Positions 8,925 through 18,300 of a stretch of DNA of 59,836 nt are shown one piece after another (within the stretch, counting starts at the first letter, position 1; every line of letters begins with the position of its first letter). The DNA comes from a virus. Its lineage: Duplodnaviria > Caudoviricetes. The translations under genes and the position numbers were made by a program. The stretch covers positions 1-59,836 of the IMG/VR virus record IMGVR_UViG_3300026184_000061; one strand, written 5' to 3'. The notes under the pieces are model-generated. The model searched no databases, was not told the origin of the DNA, and saw only the letters and a list, made by a program, of their open reading frames with translations.

Positions 8925-10415
8925 ATGCCTAATAAGCTCTCTATTAATCGCTTGGTCAAAGCGACGTTGAATCTTGCACCTACCGCCGCGCAGATGCAGA
9001 ACATCAACACGCTTTTGATCCTCGGTTCTACGGATGTCATCGATGTTCATGAACGCTATCGCGCGTATACCAGCATCGATGCAGTGGCGACGGATTTCGG
9101 TACAACTGCTCCGGAATATCTGGCTGCCGTTCTATGGTTCGAGCAGGCTCCTCAACCCTCCACGCTGCAGATCGGACGATGGGCTCAGACCGCGACTGCC
9201 GGTAAGTTGGCGTGTGCTCCGCTAACTACGACCGAACAGCTCATCGCAACGTGGCAGGCTATCACCAATGGCTCGTTCGATGTTGCCGTTGATGGCGCAG
9301 CCGCACAGAGCGTTTCAGCGCTGGATTTCAGCGGAGACACGACGCTCAATGGTGTGGCCAGCACCATCAACACTGCGTTGGCCGGGGCTGCGACTTGCGT
9401 ATGGAACTCGACCTATAGCCGATTCGAATTCACCAGCGCAACGACCGGAGCGACCTCGTCTATCAGCTTCTTGACGGCAGGTGGCGTAGGTACCGATATT
9501 TCTGGTATGCTCAAGGGTCTTTCGACGGACAGCGGTGCTTATGTCGCTGACGGCATCGCGGCTGAAACGCCTCTGGACGCCATTACGCTGTTCGACAATA
9601 ACTTCGGCCAGAACTGGTACGCAGCGATGTTCTGTGGGATTACGCAGGATTCAGATCATGTAGCCGTGGCCGGATACATCGAAGCGTCTGCGAACAAGCA
9701 TATCTACGGGGTCACTACGCAGGAAACAGGTGTGCTGATTAGTACGGATACGACTAACGTAGCTTACCAGCTTCAGCAGCTCAGCTATGATCGTTCAGTA
9801 GTGCAGTACTCCGGTTCCAACGCCTATGCCGTCGCTTCGCTTCTGGGTCGCGCGCTGACTGTGGACTATACGGCGAACAGTTCAGTCATCACGTTGATGT
9901 ACAAGCAAGAGCCGGGCATCGTAGCGGAGTATCTGACAGAAACCCAAGCCGAGGCGTTGGAAGGATTCAACTGCAACGTCTTCGCAGCATACAACAACGA
10001 TACGTCTATCGTTCAGCCGGGCAAAATGGTCTCTGGTGAATTCATCGACGTGATCACCGGAACCGATTGGCTGCTGTTGGATTTGCAGACAACTGTCTAC
10101 AATCTGCTGTATTCGAACACCACGAAAATTCCGCAGACTGACGCAGGCAACCATATCATCGCCACTGCTATGGAAGGTGTCCTCGCCCAGGCAGTCGATA
10201 ACGGCCTGCTGGCCCCCGGTGTGTGGGAGTCAGGCGGCTTCGGGGCTCTGAGTCAAGGCGATTTCTTGAAAAAGGGATTCTACATCTACGCTCCGCCTGT
10301 AGGCCAGCAGTCTGCTGCGAATCGTCAAGCCAGGAAGTCTGTTGCATTCCAAATCGCCGCCAAGTTGGCAGGTGCTATCCATACGATCGATTTTCAGGTC
10401 GACGTGAATCGTTAA
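8925..10415 (+). CDS. Tail sheath protein (DUF3383)
   Basis: 496 aa; APEYLAAVLWFEQAPQP, ITLMYKQEPG, KIPQTDAG and LAGAIH motifs. Confidence 0.9.
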   Translation: MPNKLSINRLVKATLNLAPTAAQMQNINTLLILGSTDVIDVHERYRAYTSIDAVATDFGTTAPEYLAAVLWFEQAPQPSTLQIGRWAQTATAGKLACAPLTTTEQLIATWQAITNGSFDVAVDGAAAQSVSALDFSGDTTLNGVASTINTALAGAATCVWNSTYSRFEFTSATTGATSSISFLTAGGVGTDISGMLKGLSTDSGAYVADGIAAETPLDAITLFDNNFGQNWYAAMFCGITQDSDHVAVAGYIEASANKHIYGVTTQETGVLISTDTTNVAYQLQQLSYDRSVVQYSGSNAYAVASLLGRALTVDYTANSSVITLMYKQEPGIVAEYLTETQAEALEGFNCNVFAAYNNDTSIVQPGKMVSGEFIDVITGTDWLLLDLQTTVYNLLYSNTTKIPQTDAGNHIIATAMEGVLAQAVDNGLLAPGVWESGGFGALSQGDFLKKGFYIYAPPVGQQSAANRQARKSVAFQIAAKLAGAIHTIDFQVDVNR

Positions 10416-10429
10416 TGAGGAGCTAATCA

Positions 10430-10876
10430 ATGGCTGCTACATATTCATTTCTCAACGTAAACGCGTCGTTGGTTGGTCCCGGCGGTGCGATCAATCTTGG
10501 AGCTGGTTCGGGCAGTTCCGAAGAAGGTATTACTATCGAACCGAACGAGGACATCGACACTCTCACGGTGGGTGCAGACGGCACGCCGATGCATTCACTA
10601 CACGCCGACCGTTCCGGCGAAGTGACTATTCGCGTACTGAAGACTTCGCCGGTCAATCAGAAGCTGGCGTTGATGTACGCTCTACAGACTGCTGACGCTT
10701 CTCAGCATGGTCGTAACGTACTGACCATTGCGAATGCCTATACGCAGGACTTCATTTCTTGCCAGCAGGTCGCGTTCAAGCGGGCTCCTTCGCTGACTTA
10801 TGCCAAAGAAGGCGGAATGAATGAGTGGACATTCAATGCGGGTATTATCGAACGTGCGCTGGGTAACGTAACATGA
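10430..10876 (+). CDS. Tail tube protein (DUF3277)
   Basis: TYSFLNV, EEGITIE, VGADG and LKTSPVN motifs; follows the sheath gene. Confidence 0.85.
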   Translation: MAATYSFLNVNASLVGPGGAINLGAGSGSSEEGITIEPNEDIDTLTVGADGTPMHSLHADRSGEVTIRVLKTSPVNQKLALMYALQTADASQHGRNVLTIANAYTQDFISCQQVAFKRAPSLTYAKEGGMNEWTFNAGIIERALGNVT

Positions 10877-11298
10877 AGTTAAAGCTAGGAGAATTTGAAT
10901 ACTCTTCCCGGACTACTATGGACGCCTTTACTCAACTGAAGATCGTCCGTAGAATGGGTCCCGCCATGCCGCTGATGGAAGGGCTGGTTTCCCCAGAAAA
11001 TCTGGCCAAGGACCGGAGTATTGTCATGGTCCTCATGTTCTCTCATATCAGTGAAGAGGACATGCTGTTCGTTGTTCATCAATGTCTGGAATTGGTGGAC
11101 AGGCAAGGCCCTGGGGATCAAGCTCCGGTGCCGGTTCAGCGTAACGGAACAGTGATGTTTGATAACATCACTATGTCGGAAATGCTGAAAATCGCAGTGG
11201 CTGTCGTGGAGGAAAACATCGGAGATTTTTTTCGTACAACGCTTTCCGAATTGGAGGGGAAGGCGAATCAGACAAAGGAAGGCCCTTCGTTCACATGA
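10873..11298 (+). CDS. Tail assembly chaperone
   Basis: Lies between tube and tape measure genes; contains T TTT TTT at 11226-11232. Confidence 0.75.
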   Translation: MKLKLGEFEYSSRTTMDAFTQLKIVRRMGPAMPLMEGLVSPENLAKDRSIVMVLMFSHISEEDMLFVVHQCLELVDRQGPGDQAPVPVQRNGTVMFDNITMSEMLKIAVAVVEENIGDFFRTTLSELEGKANQTKEGPSFT

Positions 11299-11453
11299 CC
11301 AGCGAGGAGGATTGGCTCCTTCGTCCTGTAGTGAAGGGTATGTGTAAGTACGAATCTCTGTTAGATGGTAAGCTCCGCCTGATAGACATTGCCAAGATGA
11401 ACGAAGCATTGGACGTCTGGGCAGAAAACGAGCACAGAGCACGAGGTGACTAA
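11295..11453 (+). CDS. Second tail assembly chaperone segment (52 aa, -1 frame; not in the ORF track)
   Basis: MTSEEDWLLRPVVKGMCKYESLLDGKLRLIDIAKMNEALD; this frame is open back to the T7 slippery site. Confidence 0.75.
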   Translation: MTSEEDWLLRPVVKGMCKYESLLDGKLRLIDIAKMNEALDVWAENEHRARGD

Positions 11454-12635
11454 ATGCCTTCTAATTCAGAAGTCTTAGAAGAATACCTGGTCAGTCTGGG
11501 CTTCCGTACGGATCAGCTCAGCTATCGTAAGTTCGAATACGGACTGACCAAGGTCGAACGTCGTGTCCTCGGGCTCGGTGCGGCTGTCGCTGGCGTAGTG
11601 ATTGCGGTAGATGCAGCAGCGTCAAAGTTTGCCTACTCCATGAGGCAGATGTACTTTAGATCTGAACTGGCGCAGTCTTCAGTGAAGAATCTCACCGGCA
11701 TGGACTACGCAGGTAAGCAGATCGGCGTAGGTGGTGAGAGGATGGCCGATGCGGTACATAGTGTCGCACAAGCGGTTCGTCTGAATCCAGGGTTGCAGGG
11801 ATTGATAGAAAGCTTCGGTATTCGTGTCAAAGGTCGAGACATGAGTGACGTAGTGGTAGATCTGGTCAAGGCGCTTCGCAACATGCCGGAGTTTGTCGGA
11901 GCCAAGTATGCCGGGATGTTCGGCATTGATCCAGACACCTACCACCAGATGATAAACCACATGGATAAGCTTCAGGCGAAGCGACGCCAGATGGCCGCCA
12001 TCTACAAAGAAATGGGATTTAATCCTGATCTGAAGAAGAATAAAGACGCTATCATGGAATATACAGGGGAGCTGGATAAGTTAGAAGAAAAGGTTAAGAT
12101 TTTAGGCCAAGCGATGTTGATTCACTTCATCAAGCCTCTAAATCGGATAACGCACAGTCTTGAAGATGGGGTTGATTGGTGGACAAAGTGGGCGGCTGGC
12201 GTCAACAAAGTTTCTTCGGCTTTCGAAGGGCTTGATGATGTATCTTTTGGGAGCAAGCTGCACGGTTTTCAGGATTATTTAGCGGGGAATCTTCTAAAGA
12301 TCCTTGGTCAAGATGAAGCTGGCAACCGATTGATACACAAAGCAACTCACCAAGATGTGGGGACGGGAGTGCGCAAAAACTTTACATCGAGCATCGGCGC
12401 ATCAACCAATTATGAAAGTATTTACAGAATGATGAATGCTCCTCGCTTAGGTACAATAGGGGATGTTCCTGGTAAAGGGGGAGTGATTATCAACCAGCCG
12501 ACAACGTTCCACGTGCACGGCAGTAATGCGCACGACACAGCCAAAGCCGTCGCAGAAAAGCAGCGACAGCTTCAAGATCGTAATAGAACAGGAATATCTA
12601 ATATCGTTCGTAACGGCAAGGGTAGTGTGCGATGA
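11454..12635 (+). CDS. Tape measure protein (short)
   Basis: EEYLVSLGF N-terminus; helical; follows the chaperones. Confidence 0.7.
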   Translation: MPSNSEVLEEYLVSLGFRTDQLSYRKFEYGLTKVERRVLGLGAAVAGVVIAVDAAASKFAYSMRQMYFRSELAQSSVKNLTGMDYAGKQIGVGGERMADAVHSVAQAVRLNPGLQGLIESFGIRVKGRDMSDVVVDLVKALRNMPEFVGAKYAGMFGIDPDTYHQMINHMDKLQAKRRQMAAIYKEMGFNPDLKKNKDAIMEYTGELDKLEEKVKILGQAMLIHFIKPLNRITHSLEDGVDWWTKWAAGVNKVSSAFEGLDDVSFGSKLHGFQDYLAGNLLKILGQDEAGNRLIHKATHQDVGTGVRKNFTSSIGASTNYESIYRMMNAPRLGTIGDVPGKGGVIINQPTTFHVHGSNAHDTAKAVAEKQRQLQDRNRTGISNIVRNGKGSVR

Positions 12636-13306
12636 GTAATTTCGAAGGTTTTGTCAATGCGGCTATACAGATCGGCGTAGATGCGCTGATTGTAAAGCCT
12701 CAACGCGGAATCTACAACATTACCTTCCCGGACGGTACTACGGTGGACGACATTATTCCGCAGATAGTCGAGGAAGAACGCGGTACCGATCGCATGGAAA
12801 TCACTCGCCACCCCATTGAATTGGGAGCTCCACTGAGTGACCATGCGTACAAGGAACCGGCTGAAATAGATGTACGCTTGTGGTGGTCTAACAGTCCAAA
12901 TTCTGGAGGGTTTTTGGACCAGGCGGTCGGAGCCGCATCGCTCAATACGAATGTTCGTAGGGCGGTGAATGTATACGAGCAGATTGCTTCAGCGCAGTCT
13001 TTGCTGAATGGATCCAATGTAGATCAGCTCTCAGCGGTCTACAATGCATTGCTCGCTCTCCAGGCGAAGCGCGCGATGTTTACCCTGTACACCGGCAAGC
13101 GCATTTATCAAAATATGGCCATTAAGACCCTTGTACAGGAAACGACCAAACAGACAGAGAATTCTCTGCAGGTAGTGATGACTTGCGAGCAGCTGATCAT
13201 CGTGCAGTCGCAGAGCGCGGCGACTCCTCCAGCATTGCAGAAGTACGCGCGTAAAACTGCTCAGCGGGTTAACAAAGGTACGAAAGCCTTGAAGAAGGTA
13301 CAGTGA
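12632..13306 (+). CDS. Tail tube initiator / Dit-like baseplate protein
   Basis: ITRHPIELGAPLSDHAYKEP and TGKRIYQNM motifs. Confidence 0.75.
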   Translation: MSNFEGFVNAAIQIGVDALIVKPQRGIYNITFPDGTTVDDIIPQIVEEERGTDRMEITRHPIELGAPLSDHAYKEPAEIDVRLWWSNSPNSGGFLDQAVGAASLNTNVRRAVNVYEQIASAQSLLNGSNVDQLSAVYNALLALQAKRAMFTLYTGKRIYQNMAIKTLVQETTKQTENSLQVVMTCEQLIIVQSQSAATPPALQKYARKTAQRVNKGTKALKKVQ

Positions 13307-13617
13307 TGGCCGCTATCTATGAAATTCCGCTGACACCTGAGGCGCAGGAATTTGCTATTGCGATAGCAGGTACGACGTATCAGCTCACCTTGTATTGGAA
13401 CGAGTACTCTTCTTGCTGGGTGCTGGACATCGCTGATAAAGACGGCGTCGCTATTCTTAACGGAATTCCATTGCTTGCAGGGGAAGACTTGCTGGCACAG
13501 TACGGCTATATGAATTTTGGCGGAACTTTGACGGCGGTCGTAGATGGAGATGCTACAGCTAATCCTTCGTACGATGGTCTCGGCTCCATCGGTCATGTCT
13601 ACTTTACGGTAGCTTAG
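13303..13617 (+). CDS. Baseplate protein
   Basis: EIPLTP...WVLDIAD...GIPLLAGEDLLAQY. Confidence 0.7.
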   Translation: MMAAIYEIPLTPEAQEFAIAIAGTTYQLTLYWNEYSSCWVLDIADKDGVAILNGIPLLAGEDLLAQYGYMNFGGTLTAVVDGDATANPSYDGLGSIGHVYFTVA

Positions 13618-13621
13618 CATA

Positions 13622-14563
13622 ATGGGCGCACTATTCGGCAGAAAATTCGGCTTGCTCTTGTTCAACGAAAACGAAACGTTGGATCTCTCTGAATTTCATG
13701 TTAAGTTCAGCGTGCAGAATGCGGACGTAGAAACGCCTAATACAGCTCGCATCCGCGTGTACAATCTTAAGCAGTCCACACTGACGAAGATCAAAGGAGA
13801 ATTTCAGAACGTCTCTTTGGACGCAGGCTACGAACAAGGCAACTACGGAACAATTTTTCAAGGTACGGTGCGCCAGTTTCGCATCGGGCGTGAAAGCGCG
13901 ACAGATACCTTCTTGGAAATACTCGCAGCTGACGGAGATGTCGGGTATAACCAAGGAATCATCAGCCAAACGCTTTCCGCGGGAAGTACCCCTGCCGACG
14001 CTATAAGCGCAGCGGCCAAGGCGATGGGAGCTGATCAACCCGATTTATCGGCGCTCACCATTGACAAACAGCATGTCCCTTCCATACGTGGTACGGTTAT
14101 GTTCGGGATGGCAAGAGCTCAGCTTCGTAATCTAGCTTCCACTCTAGACGCAGGCTGGAGCATTGAAAATGGAAGGGTCGTATTCACGGACAATAAGGGC
14201 TACCGTCCTGGCACGCCTGTTCCGATTAATGTTGGCAACGGCCTTATCGGATTGCCAGAGCAGACAAATGAAGGTATTCGCATACAGTGTTTGCTGAACA
14301 GCAAGCTTCGCATCGGAGGGCTTGTAAAGCTTAACAACGAAGAAATCATTCAGTTGATGCAGGCAGATCCGAACGCGGCCCCCATTCCCTACAATCAGTG
14401 GGCGGGCATACAGTACAACGCGGCCTTATCCCCAGACGGATTCTACCGCGCTTATGTCGTAGAGCATGAAGGGGATACTCGCGGCGATGACTGGACTAGC
14501 GATCTTATCTGTCTTGCAGTGAATATTTCCCTGCCAGCAAATAAGTCTGTGGAAGCTCAGTAA
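13622..14563 (+). CDS. Baseplate hub protein
   Basis: PNTARIRVYNL, LDAGYE, GLIGLPEQT and HEGDTRG motifs. Confidence 0.75.
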   Translation: MGALFGRKFGLLLFNENETLDLSEFHVKFSVQNADVETPNTARIRVYNLKQSTLTKIKGEFQNVSLDAGYEQGNYGTIFQGTVRQFRIGRESATDTFLEILAADGDVGYNQGIISQTLSAGSTPADAISAAAKAMGADQPDLSALTIDKQHVPSIRGTVMFGMARAQLRNLASTLDAGWSIENGRVVFTDNKGYRPGTPVPINVGNGLIGLPEQTNEGIRIQCLLNSKLRIGGLVKLNNEEIIQLMQADPNAAPIPYNQWAGIQYNAALSPDGFYRAYVVEHEGDTRGDDWTSDLICLAVNISLPANKSVEAQ

Positions 14564-15288
14564 TGGATCGTAAAGAACGCCTTGATAGCATCAATGATGC
14601 ACTGCTATCCATTCTTACCGGATGGCAGTCCGACATCTATACGGCAATGCCAGGCATCGTCGAATCGTTCGACGCTTCTTCGGACACTTGTTCGGTTCAG
14701 CCTGCCATTAAGGCGCTTGTGACATCCCCGGTCGATGGTTCCCAGAATTGGGTGGATTTGCCGTTGCTTGTAGATTGCCCGGTCTACTTTCCTTCTGGTG
14801 GCGGAGTAACTCTTACATTCCCTGTGTCGAAGGGGGATGAATGTTTAGTGGTCTTTGCGAATCGATGCATCGATGCGTGGTGGCAGAGCGGCGACGTGCA
14901 GCAGCAAGCCGTTCTTCGGATGCATGATTTGTCAGATGGCTTCGTGTATGTTGGTGTGCGGTCTCAGCCTAATAAGATTGCTGTGAATACAGGCGCGGCG
15001 CAGTTACGGACGGACGATGGTGCTGCCGTAGTAGAAGTGAACCCAAGTTCCCATGCCATCAATATCACTACTTCCGGTCCTACGAACGTTACGGCTGGAG
15101 GAACTGCGACGGTAAAGGCGCCGAGTATCATTTTGAAGAATGCGGGTACGGCTTTGAAGAAACTGGTCAACGATACGTTCGTAGCCCTTTTCAATAGTCA
15201 TGTCCACCCAACGGGAAGTCCGAACACAGGTGTACCGACGACGCCGATGGATTCTACGAACACAACTTCGGTGGTGGAAGCAGAATGA
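14563..15288 (+). CDS. Baseplate central spike (Gp138-like)
   Basis: LPLLVDCPVYFP, GDECLVVFANRCIDAWW and RMHDLSDG; C-terminal HxH (HVH) metal motif. Confidence 0.85.
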   Translation: MDRKERLDSINDALLSILTGWQSDIYTAMPGIVESFDASSDTCSVQPAIKALVTSPVDGSQNWVDLPLLVDCPVYFPSGGGVTLTFPVSKGDECLVVFANRCIDAWWQSGDVQQQAVLRMHDLSDGFVYVGVRSQPNKIAVNTGAAQLRTDDGAAVVEVNPSSHAINITTSGPTNVTAGGTATVKAPSIILKNAGTALKKLVNDTFVALFNSHVHPTGSPNTGVPTTPMDSTNTTSVVEAE

Positions 15289-15638
15289 AATACAGAGCTC
15301 TTGATGCAACCGGGGACTACACCTTCGGCCGTGGAAATTCCAATTTCTTGGTAGATTCTCCGGAAGCAGTGGCGCAGGCAATAAAGACGCGACTGCTCTT
15401 AGCTCGCCAAGAATGGTTTCTGAATACCGAAGCCGGTACTCCCTATAAGTCAGAGATTCTTGGAGCTGATAAAGTAAAGAGTTATGACTTTGCAATTCAG
15501 CAGGTCATTCTCAACACGACAGGAGTGAAGAGCTTGGCGGACTATTCAAGTAAAGTAGATCCGGCAACTCGTAAGGCGTATGTGAGCGCCACTGTAGATA
15601 CAATCTACGGCGTCGCTTCTGTTCAAACTTCTCTGTAA
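15285..15638 (+). CDS. Baseplate wedge / sheath initiator
   Basis: EAVAQAIKTRL...EWFLN...GTPY and TVDTIYG. Confidence 0.75.
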   Translation: MKYRALDATGDYTFGRGNSNFLVDSPEAVAQAIKTRLLLARQEWFLNTEAGTPYKSEILGADKVKSYDFAIQQVILNTTGVKSLADYSSKVDPATRKAYVSATVDTIYGVASVQTSL

Positions 15639-15647
15639 GAGGCTGTC

Positions 15648-16826
15648 ATGGCTACGACTTACCCTTTAGGAACTTTGGCCTGTACGATCGACGCCAACGG
15701 CATCTCGTGCCCGTCTTACAACGACATTTATCAAAGCCTGATCGCCCACATGCAAGCGATCTACGGCTCGGATATCTACGTGGCCGCCGATTCGCAGGAC
15801 GGTCAAATGTTGGCTGTGGTTGCTCAGGCAATCTACGATTCCAACATGGCCGCCGTCGATGCGTATAACAGCTTCTCTCCACAAACGGCGCAGGGTGCGG
15901 CGCTTTCGTCTCGGGTAAAGGTGAATGGGCTTCAGCGCAATTCCTCTGGATTCAGCACCGTTGACCTGGATATCGTTGGTCAGGCGGGTACGCTCATCAC
16001 CAACGGAATAGCGAGTGATGGAACCTATCAGTGGGCTTTACCTGCTTCTGTGACGATTCCTACAGGCGGGTCTATCACAGTTCAGGCCACTTGTACGACG
16101 GCCGGAGCGGTCAATGCCGTTGCTGGAAGCATCACGCAAATTTCCACCCCGACTCGAGGGTGGCAGAGCGTGAACAACGCTTCGGCGGCTGTTCCCGGCG
16201 CAGCGGTGGAAGATGACGCAACGCTTCGGGCGCGACAAGCGGTGTCTACCGCGCTGCCGTCGCAAACCGTCTTGGATGGACTTGTTGGTGCGGTTTCCAA
16301 TGTGACGGGCGTTACGGCGTTGAAGGCATACGAGAATGACACTGATACGACAGACGCCAATGGAATTCCGCCTCACTCAGTCAGTTTGGTTATTGAAGGT
16401 GGCGATCCGGTGGTTGTCGCAACGACGATAGCCAACAAGAAAACACCGGGCGCGGGCACTTACGGTACGACGAGCGAAATTGTCACGGGCGTCTCTGGTG
16501 TTCCGACTGCGATTAAGTTTTACCGCCCCTCGGCCTTGGCTGTCACTGTTTCGATGACTATCAAGGCCCTCACAGGCTATGTCGCCACGACAGGAGATGC
16601 TGCCATACAGGCGATTGTTGACTATGTCAACGGCTTGGGGATCGGCGGGGGAAACGGCGACGCAGTGGAGTATGATGCGATGCTGGCCGCCGCAAAAAGC
16701 GTGAATTTCAGCGACACCTTCAACATTCAATCGCTTTCCATCACGGGCGGTTCGCCGGACTTGGCTGTGGCGTTCAATGAACTGCCTGGGATGGCGACTA
16801 CGGATGTTTCTCTGACAACGGTGTAA
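15648..16826 (+). CDS. Baseplate J-like protein
   Basis: DSQDGQ, EDDATLRAR, YENDTD and NGIPPHS motifs. Confidence 0.9.
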   Translation: MATTYPLGTLACTIDANGISCPSYNDIYQSLIAHMQAIYGSDIYVAADSQDGQMLAVVAQAIYDSNMAAVDAYNSFSPQTAQGAALSSRVKVNGLQRNSSGFSTVDLDIVGQAGTLITNGIASDGTYQWALPASVTIPTGGSITVQATCTTAGAVNAVAGSITQISTPTRGWQSVNNASAAVPGAAVEDDATLRARQAVSTALPSQTVLDGLVGAVSNVTGVTALKAYENDTDTTDANGIPPHSVSLVIEGGDPVVVATTIANKKTPGAGTYGTTSEIVTGVSGVPTAIKFYRPSALAVTVSMTIKALTGYVATTGDAAIQAIVDYVNGLGIGGGNGDAVEYDAMLAAAKSVNFSDTFNIQSLSITGGSPDLAVAFNELPGMATTDVSLTTV

Positions 16827-16830
16827 TGAC

Positions 16831-18285
16831 ATGAGCGGAGATATCACACCTTACACAGATCTGATAACCAGCGAACATGCGGACAAGCCGAAGTTCACGG
16901 CGATGGTCGCGGCGTTCGTGCAGGCCTTTGCTGACGCACTTGAAACCAAGGACACGTCTTTTTCTGGTCAGAAAATTTCGGCACAGCAGTTATCAACAAC
17001 TGTTATTCACCTGGCAGACACGGATAACAATCTACTTACGCCTGAAGAGATTACGCACATAGATGGTATCTATCGCACCGACTGGCAGGGGCGGCAATTG
17101 CTCTATGACACACCGAGGACGAATTATCTGCCTTACAGTGATTTTACGACTGCGAATGCATCGCAGTGGAGAATTAATCATCCTGGAAATGTTGTAGCTG
17201 CTTTTAGCCAACCAGGACCAGATGGTGCACTTAATGCTGTGCAACTGACCGGGTTAACTCCGAATTATGATGGGATTTTCCAAGGCATAAGCACCCCTTA
17301 TCCCTTTACGGGGTTCTTGACTGAGCAGTTTTGGATAAAGGGCAATGGAACTTTCCACCTAGACTTTAATGTGTTCCCTTACGGGGATGGTCAGGTCGCT
17401 GTTGGCAGTTCCTTGAGAACAGCTACAAGCCAATGGCAACCTATGTCAAATTGGCTCCAGCAATCAGGAGCTACCTATACCCAATTTAGATGCCTGGTTT
17501 ATCCGGGTGACACTGCAACTGAACTCACGATTGCCAAGGGAATGGTGGTTGAGGGGAAATATACCGTTCCTCAATCAATGGGAGTCCAGATAGACACAAA
17601 CGGCTCCCCCCTCACCGTCACCGACTACACCGCTAAATCCGGTGTGGAATACGCGCTCGATCCACCGTTGGTGATTGGCGATTTAGTAGATTGGGACGGT
17701 GCGTATACACATGAAGAGCCTGTCGGCACGCTTGTCTCGCTTTCCAACGCATTTGATTTAGACAAGGCCGTCGGCGCTCAGCTGGATAAAATAGGCGATT
17801 GTGTCGGCATTAGTCGATACTTAGATGTTGCGCTTTCAAATGTCTATTTTTCGCTGGACACGGCTGGACTCGGGCTGGATGAAGGAACTTGGAGGCGGCC
17901 TTACGATCCGTCTACAGGGCTGACCATTTTGCCGGATGATACTTATCGCACGCTGCTTCGTGCCAAGGTCGCAGCCAATCAGTGGGATGGTAGCCTCGAA
18001 TCGGCACTGGCTATCTGGGACTTGGTATTTTCGACGCAGAATTATGGCTTGGTCATACAAGATTATGGGGACATGTCTATCTTGTTCGGTTTCCTGACGC
18101 CGAAAGGGCTGGACGCAGTGACCAAGGGGCTTATAACGAATGGGAAGTTGAACTTGAAGCCCGAAGGCGTTCGCATTCGGGATTACGTGACACCTTCGGT
18201 GTCGTCTACACCGTTTTTTGGATTGGACGCCGAAACCAACGAAGTTTCTGGGCTGGATGTTGGGGCCTGGGCTACGACTTTATAA
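16831..18285 (+). CDS. Baseplate wedge protein (DUF2612) with a large internal insertion
   Basis: YTDLITSEHADKPKF N-terminus and AFDLDKAVGAQLDKIG...DDTYRTLLRAKVAANQWDGS are separated by about 260 extra aa. Confidence 0.8.
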   Translation: MSGDITPYTDLITSEHADKPKFTAMVAAFVQAFADALETKDTSFSGQKISAQQLSTTVIHLADTDNNLLTPEEITHIDGIYRTDWQGRQLLYDTPRTNYLPYSDFTTANASQWRINHPGNVVAAFSQPGPDGALNAVQLTGLTPNYDGIFQGISTPYPFTGFLTEQFWIKGNGTFHLDFNVFPYGDGQVAVGSSLRTATSQWQPMSNWLQQSGATYTQFRCLVYPGDTATELTIAKGMVVEGKYTVPQSMGVQIDTNGSPLTVTDYTAKSGVEYALDPPLVIGDLVDWDGAYTHEEPVGTLVSLSNAFDLDKAVGAQLDKIGDCVGISRYLDVALSNVYFSLDTAGLGLDEGTWRRPYDPSTGLTILPDDTYRTLLRAKVAANQWDGSLESALAIWDLVFSTQNYGLVIQDYGDMSILFGFLTPKGLDAVTKGLITNGKLNLKPEGVRIRDYVTPSVSSTPFFGLDAETNEVSGLDVGAWATTL

Positions 18286-18300
18286 CGCAGGAGATTAAAC

